From: Octopus bimaculoides | Lineage: Eukaryota | Length of the DNA stretch: 44,247 nt | Reading direction: 5' to 3' | NCBI RefSeq assembly: GCF_001194135.2 | Contig: NC_068983.1 | Location: forward strand, 64,363,232 to 64,407,478 | Shown here: piece by piece, positions 13,201 through 24,552 of the stretch | How positions within the stretch are numbered: the stretch's first letter is position 1 | Layout of the letters: the number at the start of each line of letters is the position of its first letter | Translations under genes and position numbers: made by a program | Notes under the pieces: model-generated | The model's database searches: none | Told to the model about the DNA's origin: nothing | The model's input: the letters and a program-made list of their open reading frames with translations, nothing else

Positions 13201-13887
13201 AACTTCTTACCAGTTCACATATTTGAATTAATAACGCGTTGATATTTATATCAATCACTGCTTAACGTACATAGTTTGTATTTAACTATCACAAAACAAC
13301 TGGATAGCGTTATGAGAAATTTGAACGTAATTTCATAAGAGTAACCTAGTCTCTAATTTTTTTTTTCTGAGTTGTCTCCGTTTCCACTCTTCCATGTTGT
13401 GAAAATAACCATTTCAAAGTGCATGCAATGATCCTCATGACCAGAGGACGCTTTGAACTGACTATGGCGTATTCAAACCGTTTTGTCTACAGCGGGAATG
13501 CTTCTCTAAAGTGTACTGTATTGCATGGCCTTTTTACGTGTTCGACTATGTCCCACATATTTGAACTGATGACAATTTTATGTCGTTAGCAACAAACCTA
13601 GTATTACATGCAGATGCAGGAAAATGTAAAATTGAAACATCCTTTCCAGTTATTCATTGGCATTGGATAGATATAACTGGAGACATAATTTGGTCTTTAT
13701 TGTCATCTTCAAAGCTACAAAGAACCAAATTCCTCTCAACAGTAACAAAAGAACCCCCAAAAAATATGACAGAAGAAACCAGCTAGAAATTTCATTAAGT
13801 TCTTGCGTCCAGGGCAACAGAACTCTTTGAAGGAACATTATTTACATTATTTATATTCAACGGATATTTGTTTTCATCTTGCTTATT

Positions 13888-13936
13888 GTTAAGACGTTTC
13901 GGCTGGTTTACCCTCTAGCCTTCATCAGGTGTCTTG
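13888..13936 (-). ncRNA. Minimal type-I hammerhead-ribozyme-like motif (stem I degenerate)
   Basis: Minus strand reads CAAGACAC-CUGAUGA-A-GGCU(agagggUaaacc)AGCC-GAA-ACGU-C. The core is intact, stem II has 4 bp and stem III is the palindrome ACGU. Confidence 0.6.
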
Positions 13937-13984
13937 GGGAAATTTCGAACCTGGGTCCTCTTTCCTAAAGTATTTTTCGATGTT

Positions 13985-14052
13985 GTTATTATTATTGTTA
14001 TTATTATTATGATTATTATTATTATTATTATTATTATTATTGTTGTTGTTGT
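13985..14052. repeat. (ATT)n/(GTT)n microsatellite inside the PLE terminal repeat
   Basis: Direct observation. Confidence 0.95.
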
Positions 14053-14054
14053 TC

Positions 14055-14135
14055 AAGTAACTCGGAATCTTGATCATTCGGAATCTTGGAGTTAGTAGCC
14101 CGCGCTCTTAACCACTACGCCATGTGCCCGTGGGC
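14055..14135 (-). mobile_element. tRNA-like (Pol III promoter-type) head embedded in the PLE 3' region
   Basis: Minus strand GGCACATGGCGTAGTGGTTAAGAGCGCGGGCTACTAAC has A-box TGGCGTAGTGG at 14122-14112. The B-box region is disrupted by a small duplication. Confidence 0.65.
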
Positions 14136-15354
14136 AATTATGGAATGAATTTTAGGGCTTATAAATCTAATATTTTTCTATCTTTCCTTAATACCAGTTT
14201 TCATATACTACTCATATCTGTACTCGGTCTGCTTAGGTGGTTGTTGTGTTCTAGCATATGTACTGCTTGTTTTAGTTTTCGTATTTTCCAGTGGTGTTTT
14301 CTGTCTATTATTTTAAATTCATCCCACAGGGGGAGGCGTCGTCTGTCTGTTAATTTAACTTCCTCCTACAGGGGGGAGGTGGTCTCTATTTTCCCATACA
14401 TGATCAGCTATAATCGATTTATCAATATCTCCTTGTATCACATCTTTGCGATGTTCGTCTACCCTTATTTTGAGGGGGCGGCATCTTTCGCCTTTGTATA
14501 ACCTACCACAGCTGCATGGGATGGAGTACACGCAGTCTTTGGTCATATTCTTTTCTGTTGGTGGTTTTACTCGAAGGAGATATTTGCGAAGTGTTGTATC
14601 ACACTTGAATACTGTCCTGATGTCATATGGGCCGCATATCTTTTGTATCTTTGCGGAAAGGCCTTTCACATAGGGTAGACAGACTGTGGACAGTTTATTG
14701 GCCTCATCCTCTTTCTTCTTCATAATTGGAGTGGATAGTATACTTTTGGGGTAGTTGTTGCTTAACAGATCGTTATTGAGCTTGATCTTTTCTTCGTGGT
14801 GTGTATCACGATCGTTACTTATATTCTTTGTATACTGTTTTAGGTACTGAGCAATCCCTCTCTTTTCACTGTATGTATGATGGGAATTGAAGTTGAGGTA
14901 TCGTCCAGTAAAGGTCGGCTTGCGGTATATGGATATCCTGAATCCATACTTGGTGCGTGTTATTAATACATCCAGAAATGCCAGCTGATTGTCTGTTTTT
15001 CTTTTCCATTGTGAACTGTATGTATGGCTTTATTGAGTTCATATTATTTAACAGCACTTGGACAGCTTCCTGGTGGGGCCAGAGTATAAAGGTTTCATCA
15101 ACATATGGTAGCCATTGTGCTGGGTTTAGTGGTGTTGATCCTCAAGCCAAATTCTCAAAGTATTCCATGAATATATTGGCTATTACGCAAATCTCGAGTG
15201 GGCATCTGTTCTACTCTTCGTTCTCGTGAAATCATCTCACCTTCATTCGACAGACTGGTGAACAATGACGAAAAATAGGTCTATTATAAAAATGTTAAGT
15301 GTTATAGACACTGACTTGGTGAAGTGGAAATGGTCCAACAGGACCAAAAAGGGA

Positions 15355-15830
15355 TCTCAGTGTGGAGAAGGTCCTTCTGTCTGCTTGGCGGGATTACAAG
15401 CGATGAGACATGACGTTGTATCTGGGACACTCTATAATGAAATCCGTTGGAAGAATAATCCCGATGATAAAGAATTACGCACCCACAATATGGTAGAAAC
15501 CACAGCCACTCATAATAAAAAGGAATACTGGTGGAATGTCCCAGTAAAGACCTGAATAAAATGTAAGCACAACATGCCTGATATGATGATTTGGGATGGA
15601 GAAGAGAAACTGTGCACAGTTGTGGAAATTAGCTGCCCAGCGGATATTAATATAAAGCTGAAGATCAGTGAAAAAGAGAACACCTTCGCTGAACTATATA
15701 GAAATCTGCAGTTACTCTACCCAGATCAGGTTTATACCTGTAATTATTGGGGCGCTAGGGTATGTAATACACTGCCTACATATCAATCTTAAGAAATAAA
15801 GCTTCTCAAAACCAGAAATTAAACGATACG
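15355..15830 (+). mobile_element. R4/Dong-like LINE C-terminus (CCHC remnant and restriction-like endonuclease)
   Basis: MRHDVVSGTLYNEIR...EYWWNVPVKT, then PDMMIWDGEEKLCTVVEISCPADINIKLKISEKENTFAEL (PD-(D/E)xK RLE motif). Confidence 0.88.
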
Positions 15831-16041
15831 TCTAAGTAAAATGAAAGACAAAGTCAGGCAATTTTAAATTACTGGAAAAGTAAAAATAGTTGGAAGATAA
15901 TTCGAANNNNNNNNNNACCGGTTCTTTCTGTATTGGCAGGAAATCTTGAATTAAACTGAATAATGACACACACACATACATACATACATGCATACATACA
16001 TACAGGCATGCATACATACATACTTACATGCATACATGCAT

Positions 16042-16614
16042 ACATACATACAACCATACATACACACATATAAACAAATTAGAAAAGAGAGATGGTGAAA
16101 TGCTACGCTTAATATCCCACAACTTTTGGAGAAAACTGAAAAAGAAATCAATTCTCTACAGATGCATATCAACTAAAATGTTACCAGATATTACAGCGTA
16201 TTCCTTCACATAAAGTTAAAGTATGTTGAAGNNNNNNNNNNNNNNNNNNNNNNNNNNNNNNNNNNNNNNNNNNNNNNNNNNNNNNNNNNNNNNNNNNNNN
16301 NNNNNNNNNNNNNNNNNNNNNNNNNNNNNNNNNNNNNNNNNNNNNNNNNNNNNNNNNNNNNNNNNNNNNNNNNNNNNNNNNNNNNNNNNNNNNNNNNNNN
16401 NNNNNNNNNNNNNNNNNNNNNNNNNNNNNNNNNTACAGCCATACATACACACATATAAACAAATTAGAAAAGAGAAATGGTGAAATGCTACGCTTAATAT
16501 CCCACAACTTTTGGAGAAAACTGAAAAGAAATCAATTCTCTACAGATGCATATCAACTAAAACGTTACCAGATATTACAGCGTATTCCTTCACATAAAGT
16601 TAAAGTATGTTGAA
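16042..16614. repeat. ~185-bp near-identical direct duplication flanking an N-gap (16042-16231 / 16434-16614)
   Basis: The two copies differ at about 4 positions and abut the gap. Probably unmerged allelic contig ends. Confidence 0.85.
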
Positions 16615-17749
16615 GGAGCATACAGCTAGAGATTAATCTAGCTAGCACGCTTATGCGCTCGGATACATTCATTTATTTTCTACTCATTGTCACACTAATA
16701 GTTCAAGGTTTCTTCCTAAACCGATTTAACAAAGACGGAATGAATAGAAAGTTAAAGCGTACCACCAGAAGTAGACCTCTGAATGGTAGAAATGTGTGTG
16801 GTTTACGAACGCCACATCACAATACTAGATATGAAAGATTCCGAAAAGCAAACTGCGCTGTATACAGATGAGGAATTTGATACAATTAAAACCTGAGCTA
16901 TTAAATATCTCGAGAGGTAGCAGATGCAACATAGACTGAAAGAGAAAGATCCGTGTGAAAACTAATTACCACAAGGCTTTCTGCCACCACCAACAACAGA
17001 AAACAGCAGCTGAAAGAAGGTTACTACCAGTGCTACTACCTTAACTTCAGTACCAACATCAACAGTATCAACCACAACAACTATAATAATAGTATGCAAC
17101 TACATCAAAAGTGATAGAAATGCCAGCTACATTGGAGGAATCAGTACAACAGCAAAACTCTTAATGACATGCAATAAGAACAAAAGCAAGTAAAAATCAA
17201 CGCCCTCAACAGCCACAACATGATCAACAACAACAGCTCCTGAAGCCTCCTCCAAATCAAAGCATACAATACCATGGCCATCACTACCTCGAACAATTCA
17301 TATCGTGTGGCGAAGGTGTGATGTAGAGTATAAATATCAAAAATGTACTAAAGGAAAGAAAATTAGAATGCAAAAACACCAGCAAAAAACCTCAGAGATC
17401 TAGAGAAATGTGCACGATGCCTTAGTTTAACAATGTACCAACACGGCCACTAGTTGCAGCTACACCAGTACTATAAACAACGTCATTGTCATCACTTCCA
17501 CTATCACTAACACAGACATCAGCATGACAGACATGTTGGTGTCTGTTATATACATATTACGAAACACATACAACGTCCTAAGAAGCAAATACCGCAAATG
17601 GGTAGGATACGTGAAGGGAAATATAAAGAAAATATATGAGGAACAGCTTTTGGAAGCACATAAATAGGACGAGGGTTCGATACCTTTCCTTCCACACAAC
17701 TAAAACAATTGCTCCGCCTCATATTGCACCCTCTGGCTGTGCATACTCT

Positions 17750-18960
17750 GAATATACAGCGTGAATGCATTTCATCCGGTGTCGCCCCGAAGCAGAATTA
17801 CATTTTCAATGACAGGTTACTATATAGGGATATACACATTTACAAGTCTGCAGCGAGGCGGAATCGTTATATTGTCTCGGAAATTCCTAGATCTTGGGAT
17901 ACGTAACGTGTGCTTTAAATTAAAACTTAAGTTTTTGATCCTGGGTATAACCAGCAACGAAAGGGGTGATTTCAGAGTAGTAGATGTCTGAAAGAGACTT
18001 AAGTTAACAAAGCTGATGCAGGTCGGGCTCTGAGCAATACAACATTGGATTGGGACAAACGTCGGTATTCAGTAGTTGTTCGCACAGGCAATAATAAGCG
18101 AACTAAGATGTAGAAGCTCAGTATCGGTATATGCGGACGACGTCAGCATAAAAATGTTAGATACTAAGCATATGAAGGTACCATCCTAAGGGAGTAGAAG
18201 ATGGTGACAGGATGGAAAAGTAACCAAGAAAATCCAGTTAGTCTACAGCTCGGCATGTGGAAAGGCCAAGCTATGCTGCCTAACTGTGAAGTTATACGTT
18301 GGTTAAGCGACCAGTTTGAATTGGCAGGAAGTCCTTTTGTTTCAGACCTCCAAATCGAGAAGGACGGAAATGAGGTGCAAACAATGACAAACATTGTAGC
18401 ATATCTGAAATGGGGCAAATGCCTGCTCTTTTTGTAAAGCGTTCCACTGTTCAGAAACTCCATTTGTTTTAATCAACCGAGGAAAAGAGGATTAGGCAGG
18501 CTTGGCATGCGGATACATGCGCTAAGGCAGTGGTGGCACTCCGTCACTTACGACGTCGAGGGTTCCAGTTGATCTGATCAACAGAACAGCCTGCTCGTGA
18601 AATTAACGTGCAAGTGGCTGAGCACTCCACAGACACGTGTACCCTTAACGTAGTTCTCGGGTATATTCAGCGTGACACAGTGTGACAAGGCTGACCCTTT
18701 GAATTACAGGCACAACAGAAACAGGAACTAAGAGTGAGAGAAAGTTGTGGTGAAAGAGTACAGCAGGGTTCGCCACCATCCCCTGCCGGAGCCTCGTGGA
18801 GCTTTAGGTGTTTTCGCTCAATAAACACTCACAACGCCCGGTCTGGGAATCGAAACCGTGATCCTATGACCAAGAGTCCACTGCCCTAACCACTGGGCCA
18901 TTGCGCCTCCACGGATACATGCACTAAGGCAGAGGTATCTCCAGTATGTCATTGCTCGTA
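17750..18960 (+). mobile_element. Tx1/L1-clade LINE remnant (EN and RT, internally deleted), interrupted by a SINE
   Basis: GGIVILSRKFLDL...GDFRVVDV (APE-like); VSVYADDVSI at 18121-18150; LQLGMWKGQAM...DLQIEK; QPRKRGLG..MRIHALRQ|RYLQ, which continues in register after the SINE is removed. Confidence 0.75.
18531..18911 (-). mobile_element. Full-length tRNA-derived SINE (family 2) with 21-bp TSD
   Basis: Minus-strand head GGAGGCGCAATGGCCCAGTGGTTAGG (A box) and GGTTTCGATTCC (B box). TSDs are CGGATACATGCGCTAAGGCAG (18510-18530) and CGGATACATGCACTAAGGCAG (18912-18932). Confidence 0.92.
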
Positions 18961-19359
18961 AAGATTGCTTACGGTTTTGTGGTAAATTTGTTAACGTCAT
19001 TACAGAAGCTGTTTGTCAATTTCCAGCCATACCCACTAATTATCATCATATATGTTCGATTATCCTCCAGGTCGACTTAATTGCTAATATGTTCAGGCTG
19101 GTTATAGCTTCATTACACTTCATTCTTGTAATATTGAAATTAATCATTAATGCACTTTTATCTTTCTGTTATGAAGAACCTGTATTGTTCTGTCTGAATG
19201 CTCTATCATTTCCATATTGACACATACATCATAACAAAATAAAAAAAAGAAAGAAAGGAAAAGAAATTAGAAGCAAATCGCGTGTTATGAGTTCAGTCAG
19301 CCTTCTTTACAGCAATTAAACTTTAGTAGGTAAGCTTTGCCACGATATTCTCTCACGAC

Positions 19360-19950
19360 GTATGTTTTCGGAGATGATATGAGTAATATGGGGACCTTTC
19401 TGATATAATATGATGTATTGTTTCAGAGCAGTCTTTGCACAGATATATTTGTCATTTATACTGAAGTGGTTGAAAATATTGCGCTGATTGTTTCTAGCGA
19501 TGAAAACTGCTAGCTGGCAGAATCGTTAGCACGCCGGATAAAATACTTAAGGGCATTTCGTCCATTTTTACATTCTGATTTCAAATTTCGCCGCGGTTGA
19601 CTTTGCCTTACATCCTTTCGGGGTCGACCATACTTTTCACTCTTTCGGAGTCGATAAAATAGTACCAGTCGAGTACTGAGTCGGTGTAATTGACTTAACC
19701 CCACCGCCTAAATTACTGGTCATAATCCAAAATTTGAAACCAATATTTCTAGCTACGACTGTCTGTTCTTATGTTGCAAACATACTTGATCTAGCTGCCT
19801 CGTATGGGCTACATCTTTGTTGCACATGCAGCACAGAAGTGATTTCTTCATTTTTATTAGTTGATACGGGACAGGATTTTCACCAAATGTTTTTATGTTT
19901 GTTCACCACGATTAACATACATTTATTTTCCTAATAACTATAGATTCAAA
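19360..19950 (+). pseudogene. Possible nAChR-like fragment M, split by a SINE
   Basis: Before the SINE: NMGTFLI*YDVLFQSSLCTDI (cf. DGTVxWxPxxxFQSSCxIDI). After the SINE: LHMQHRSDFFIF (beta10/pre-M1) and SFLLVDTGQ (cf. FLLPxDSGE). Confidence 0.35.
19507..19741 (+). mobile_element. tRNA-derived SINE (family 1) with short internal duplication
   Basis: TAGCTGGCAGAATCGTTAGCACGCCGG head and CCAAAATTTGAAACC end. CATCCTTTCGGGGTCGA is followed by the related CACTCTTTCGGAGTCGA. Confidence 0.88.
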
Positions 19951-19989
19951 CATTTCTGTTCGAAGTCTAAAAAAGGTTTACTGTAAGAC

Positions 19990-20200
19990 ATCACATTGAT
20001 ATTGATTTACTACTTATTCAAAACTACGATCAGCAACGGTACGTAGAAGACATTGTGAATTGGAGTAGAAGTAGGCAATATCTTTCACACACAACGATCC
20101 GCTGCATTCTACTCTATGGATATGCATTCGTTGAGATAAAGCTTATTGTGTTGTGTAGTGTTTTTAAATGAGAGTCTTGCCTTACAGTCCACGGAATTTA
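19990..20200 (+). pseudogene. Possible nAChR-like fragment N (beta1-beta2)
   Basis: HIDIDLLLIQNYDQQR...NWSRSRQYLS (cf. VxIDFxLxSIxExDExxQ...WxDxYLxW). Weak. Confidence 0.3.
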
Positions 20201-20521
20201 GATTTGTTTCGATACACTTTATTATCACACAACTCCAGCTGATATAGCTCGCCACACGCGAGCTATAGTGCTATGATGACATTTTTTAAGCTTGAATATT
20301 GAATGTTCATTGCTCAGATTTTAATATCTTTTGTTACGTTAACGGAGAAAAACAGTCTATACCAAAACACTACTCATGAATTGATTCAGAGCAATTCCAT
20401 TCACTACTAATACAACCACAACAGGTCACTTTATGTCTTTTGACTATTTAAGAGGATTCCACTAACATCCTACTGCTGTCATATCACTCCCATATTCTTG
20501 GTATTCTTTCTCTTCTTTTCC

Positions 20522-20553
<32 letters not shown>

Positions 20554-21030
20554 CTTCTTCTTCTTCTTCTTCTTCTTCTTCTTCTTCTTGTTCTTCTTCT
20601 TCTCCTCTCTTCCTGCTCCTCCACCACCACATCCTCCTCCTCCTCCACCACCACATCTCCTCCTCCTCCTCCTCCTCCACGTCCTCCACCTCCTCCTTCT
20701 CTTCCTAATCTTCTTCCTACTTCTACACCCCTTCTCTTTCTTATTCTTGCCTTCTTGCCTCCTCTTCCTTCTCATTTTCCATCTCCCCACCTCCTTCTCC
20801 CCTTCGTCCTTCTCCCCTCCTTTTTCGTCCTTCTCCCCTCCTTTTTGTCCTTCTCCCCCTCTCCTCCTCCTTCACTTCCTCCTTCTCTCCCTCATCTTCT
20901 TTCTTCTTCTCCACCCCTTTTCTTCCTTATTCTTGCCCCCTCTTCCTTTTCATTTGCCATCTCCCGACCTCCTTTCTCCCCTCCTTTTCGTCGTTCACCC
21001 CTCTTCGTCTCCATTTTTTGTCTTTCAATT
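20522..21030. repeat. (TTC)n, then (TCC)n and a polypyrimidine low-complexity tract
   Basis: Direct observation. Confidence 0.95.
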
Positions 21031-21375
21031 TTTTATGATCGATAACTTAAATAGTCACCTCATATCATGACTTCGGTTAGTATACTCTTTTGAGAACAGC
21101 TACTGAATACCGATGTTTGACCCAATTCAATGTTGTATTGCTCAGAGCCAAACCTGTATTCGGTTTGTTAAGTTATCTACCTTTCAGATTATTCTGATCT
21201 CAAAGAGTCCTTATCAACGTGTGGGTATGATGCTTCGCCACTACTCTTATTCGTGATCAGAGATGCGCATGTCGTCAGCCTCTAAGGGACATGCTCAAGA
21301 AACTAAGGTCAAGCAACTGGCAGCAAATATGCGCTATTCAACAGAATATTTGCGGTTGTCCAACTTTTATCAACG

Positions 21376-21395
21376 TTGTCATCATCATCATCTTC

Positions 21396-21437
<42 letters not shown>

Positions 21438-21558
21438 CTCCTCCTCCTCCTCCTCCTCCTCATCCTCCTCATCATCATCATCATCATCATCCTCATCATC
21501 ATCCTCATCATCATCCTCATCATCATCCTCATCCTCATCATCCTCATCCTCATCATCC

Positions 21559-21614
<56 letters not shown>

Positions 21615-21615
21615 G
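21376..21615. repeat. Compound trinucleotide array (TCA)/(TCG)/(TCC)
   Basis: Direct observation. All units share the TCN phase. Confidence 0.97.
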
Positions 21616-21639
21616 TATTGTCGCATATATTTACTTCAT

Positions 21640-21794
21640 TTAAGTATTTATCATTTTCACCATCACGTAAATTATGTTTAGTAATTGTTTATGACTTTCC
21701 ACGTTTAATTAATATAGTGCATTTCTTGCTTCCGAATATTATTTTAATGTCTCTTTTGAATATGCTTACGATTTGCATTAAGGACTACATTTAA
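21640..21794 (+). pseudogene. Decayed nAChR-like fragment R (beta10-M1)
   Basis: The end of ORF 21291-21794 reads LSFSPSRK...INIVHFLLPNIILMSLLNMLTICI (cf. M1 YxxNIxLPxIxLSxLNxxxFxLP). Confidence 0.45.
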
Positions 21795-21873
21795 TTCTTC
21801 AATTTCCTATGATGCCACAAATAAACAGTGGCTGATTCACTATTCCCTATTACTTTCTTGTGAATATTCTTTC

Positions 21874-22060
21874 TTAGCTTCTCTTAGTATAATCGATAGA
21901 GAAAACAGAGATGATCTTACAGTGTGATTTTCCATATGAATTGAAAATATTCTGATATAAAATGACGAATTTGGAGCGTTATTTAAAGTAATCCCTCACG
22001 ACAGGAAGAATCGATTACAGTTTTTCTCCGTTCTACAAGCCAGTGATGAAAATTGATTCT
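21874..22060 (+). pseudogene. Decayed nAChR-like fragment Q (beta1-beta3)
   Basis: One frame reads LASLSIIDRENRDDLTV*FSI*IENILI*NDEFGALFKVIPHD. The three stops (TGA 21925, TGA 21937, TAA 21958) sit where Trp is expected in W-x3-W-x-D-x2-L-x-W-N-x-x-(E/D)(F/Y)-G-x-I. Confidence 0.6.
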
Positions 22061-22109
22061 ATAAACACAGTGGTTGATTTGAAAATAAGCTCCCTTGAAC
22101 TAAGCTGAC

Positions 22110-22500
22110 ATTTAGTTTGGATGTGGTCGCTGTTAATAAGACTCAGATTCCAGGTACATTGTTACGCGCACTTTATGCCAAAACTTCCGTTGTATACCCA
22201 AGTGACGGTTGGTCAAAATCCATCGAGTTGTCAGTGCTGTTACCGAAAAATCAGAGACCCAGGATATGAACAGCAACAAATATGGTACCTTCAGAATAAT
22301 GGATATTCATCATTCATTTCCACTTGGGATAGTGTAAGTGGAGTACTTCAAGTGCTTCATAATTGTTTTTGAAAAAGTTGTTGTTAATAGGGAAGTAATA
22401 GCGTTGTTATTAGAACATCCACCGGGAAAACGTAGAGGAAGATGTAAAGGGAATACTATGTAAAAGTTTGGAATGTATAGCTGCTTGTTGTATTGAAACA
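22110..22500 (+). mobile_element. Possible Tx1-like APE endonuclease remnant
   Basis: LDVVAVNKTQI and GTFRIMDI resemble the EN segments seen at 17750-17990. Very decayed. Confidence 0.35.
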
Positions 22501-23499
22501 ATGATGGTTGTATTGGATGAGTTTAACCATACGGAACTTTAGGTTGACCTCAATGCAACTCGCTGCTACACATTTCCATAACTGGATTCCTTTTAAGTTA
22601 CAGCAACATCTGATCAGAGGTCAAAATATATTCCATCCATAAGAATGGCTGAAAATGACAGGCATTCTCTTTCCTCAATCGTTTTTATTATGGGTCGTGT
22701 ATCATAGATGATAATATTAGGGATGTTAGGAAGCCTATCACATAACTAGAGTGCATAAAGCTGTGTTAGCATACTCATAGTAATTCATCCTTAAGGCAGA
22801 GCAGAATTTACGTAGCACCTGAAGAGATGTCAGGCCGAAATTTTTATCAGGATGAGAAAGTCAATTTTCCTGTAGCAGGGCATCGAAAGACGCACACCTC
22901 ATAAAAGCTGCCTGCATAGAATGCTTATCTAGCGTCTTTATTGGGCACAAAATTTAGATACATGTTACTTGCAAGTTAGCCTGTCTGATCCGCAAATAGT
23001 TACAATTATATCTGAAGTTTGAAGGAGACATGTCAAATATATATATATCTTCTGCTACGCAGCAACTTTCGCTAAAGTTACAACATCTTGTTCCTTTCTC
23101 GATCATTTAGGCAATGAGGGTTGTAATAAAAGAAATGCATATATTGCCAGCCACTAAGAAGCACGCTCAAGTTGTTAAGGTCAAGTAACTGACAAGCAAA
23201 TGTGTAGTACTGAGTAGAATATTTGCAACAACGATATTTCTGCTTTAGCAATCAGTGCTGATTCTGTCTGAAATATAATGGTAAATTGGTAATTTCAAAA
23301 TGTTTTTACCCAGGTCACAAAAGCAAAATTTGAGGGGAACAGTTATCATTTCCTATGATTTCTAGATACAAGCAAGTAGGAAACAGTAGTTACTGACAAC
23401 AGACAAAAATAAACGAAAATATTGTTTGTTTTTTTTTACACAGTATTAATTCACGCCACATTTATTTTCTTTTTATACTTTCGTTTTCTTCACATACTT

Positions 23500-23660
23500 T
23501 TTTAAGCCTTATTTGCATATCCCTCAATACTCTTTGTAATATGCGATTATATTGTCACTTACTCTTCTTGGTCAGCGTGAAAAATACTAGAAATTGCATC
23601 TGTAGGTCGGAGAACAATATTTGGAAGACGGATGTTAACGTTAGTGATTAGAATAATATT
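23500..23660 (+). pseudogene. Possible nAChR-like fragment S (loop A region)
   Basis: ENNIWKTDV at 23610-23636 (cf. QxxIWKPDV, ccg>acg). Confidence 0.35.
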
Positions 23661-23744
23661 GACCATGTGGGGTTTCTTAAATGATACAAGCAAGAAGCAT
23701 TCTTTTATTAAATGATGCTAGCAAGAAGAATTCCTGTCTGTCTG

Positions 23745-24383
23745 TCTATGCGTGTATAAAATATAAACTTCACATGCATGCATAAATACATACATAAGTA
23801 CATGCATATGTACATGCACACGCACACAGGCACACACACATATACTTATATATATTGAAAGAGAGGAGAAAAGAGGAAAGAGTGAGAGTGATTCTGATAC
23901 CGGTTATTCAGAGCTATCGTTTGTTTATGATTGCTAGCAAGAAACATTCTTTTGTTAGGAACATTATATCATCCATGTGTTCAGTTATTAGTATATTATA
24001 TATAATTTTTACCTCGTTTGATTTGTTAATCACCACTAGATTTTTGGAGCTACTACAATATTTGTAACCTGTCACGGTAAAGTTCCCTTCATCCGACGCT
24101 CTTACCGAAAAGGACGACGAAAGAGAAGAAAAATGATAAAACGAAGCAGAAGGGGAGGAAGGAGATTATGGTGAAGGAGGAAAGAGAAAGAAATCTTGTC
24201 ACTATTTTCCCCCACATGTCTGAGAGGCAGTGTATTCCATCTCTCATTCCTCCAGGTATCCAGATAAAGGTGCCATAACCTCAAAATATCGAAATAAATG
24301 CTAAAACCTCAAATGCAGTTCTGTTCTCAATTTTGTAGTTTCTATCTAATTGTTTCGGCATTATGAAAGAAGTTTTTATTTAA

Positions 24384-24436
<53 letters not shown>

Positions 24437-24470
24437 GTCGGTCAGTCTGTCTGTCTGTCTGTCTGGCTGG

Positions 24471-24552
<82 letters not shown>

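Larger units (their letters stand above)
13840..15350 (-). mobile_element. Penelope-like element: RT C-terminal half, GIY-YIG endonuclease and 3' terminal repeat
   Basis: ORF 14355-14723 (CLPYVKGLS...CVYSIPCSCGRLYKGE...RVDEHRK...SIIADHVWEN) is a GIY-YIG domain. ORF 14866-15057 contains IQFTMEK, and the IANIFME...WLxYVDETF region lies near 15190-15080. The terminal region has a tRNA-like head and a hammerhead core. Confidence 0.9.

Noticed and set aside
8040-15830. R4-like RT (8040-8790) and RLE (15355-15830) as one element split by insertions
   Set aside because: The 6.5 kb between them includes apparently older decayed sequence and no TSD-bounded nesting. Independent fragments are more parsimonious.
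16650-17700. Thr-rich stretch as ORF1 of the Tx1-like element
   Set aside because: Plausible by position, but no zinc-knuckle or other motif could be read with confidence.
21180-21232. Possible small exon (CTTTCAG acceptor ... GTATGA donor)
   Set aside because: It has no partner exons or recognisable peptide, and it adjoins a dispersed repeat.
20462-21794. Poly-E/K/F/H/S/D/I ORFs
   Set aside because: These are translations of trinucleotide microsatellites. Only the non-repetitive tail at 21640-21794 was kept.
22817-22845. CTGAAGA...CCGAAA hammerhead-like spacing
   Set aside because: Stem II and stem III do not pair.
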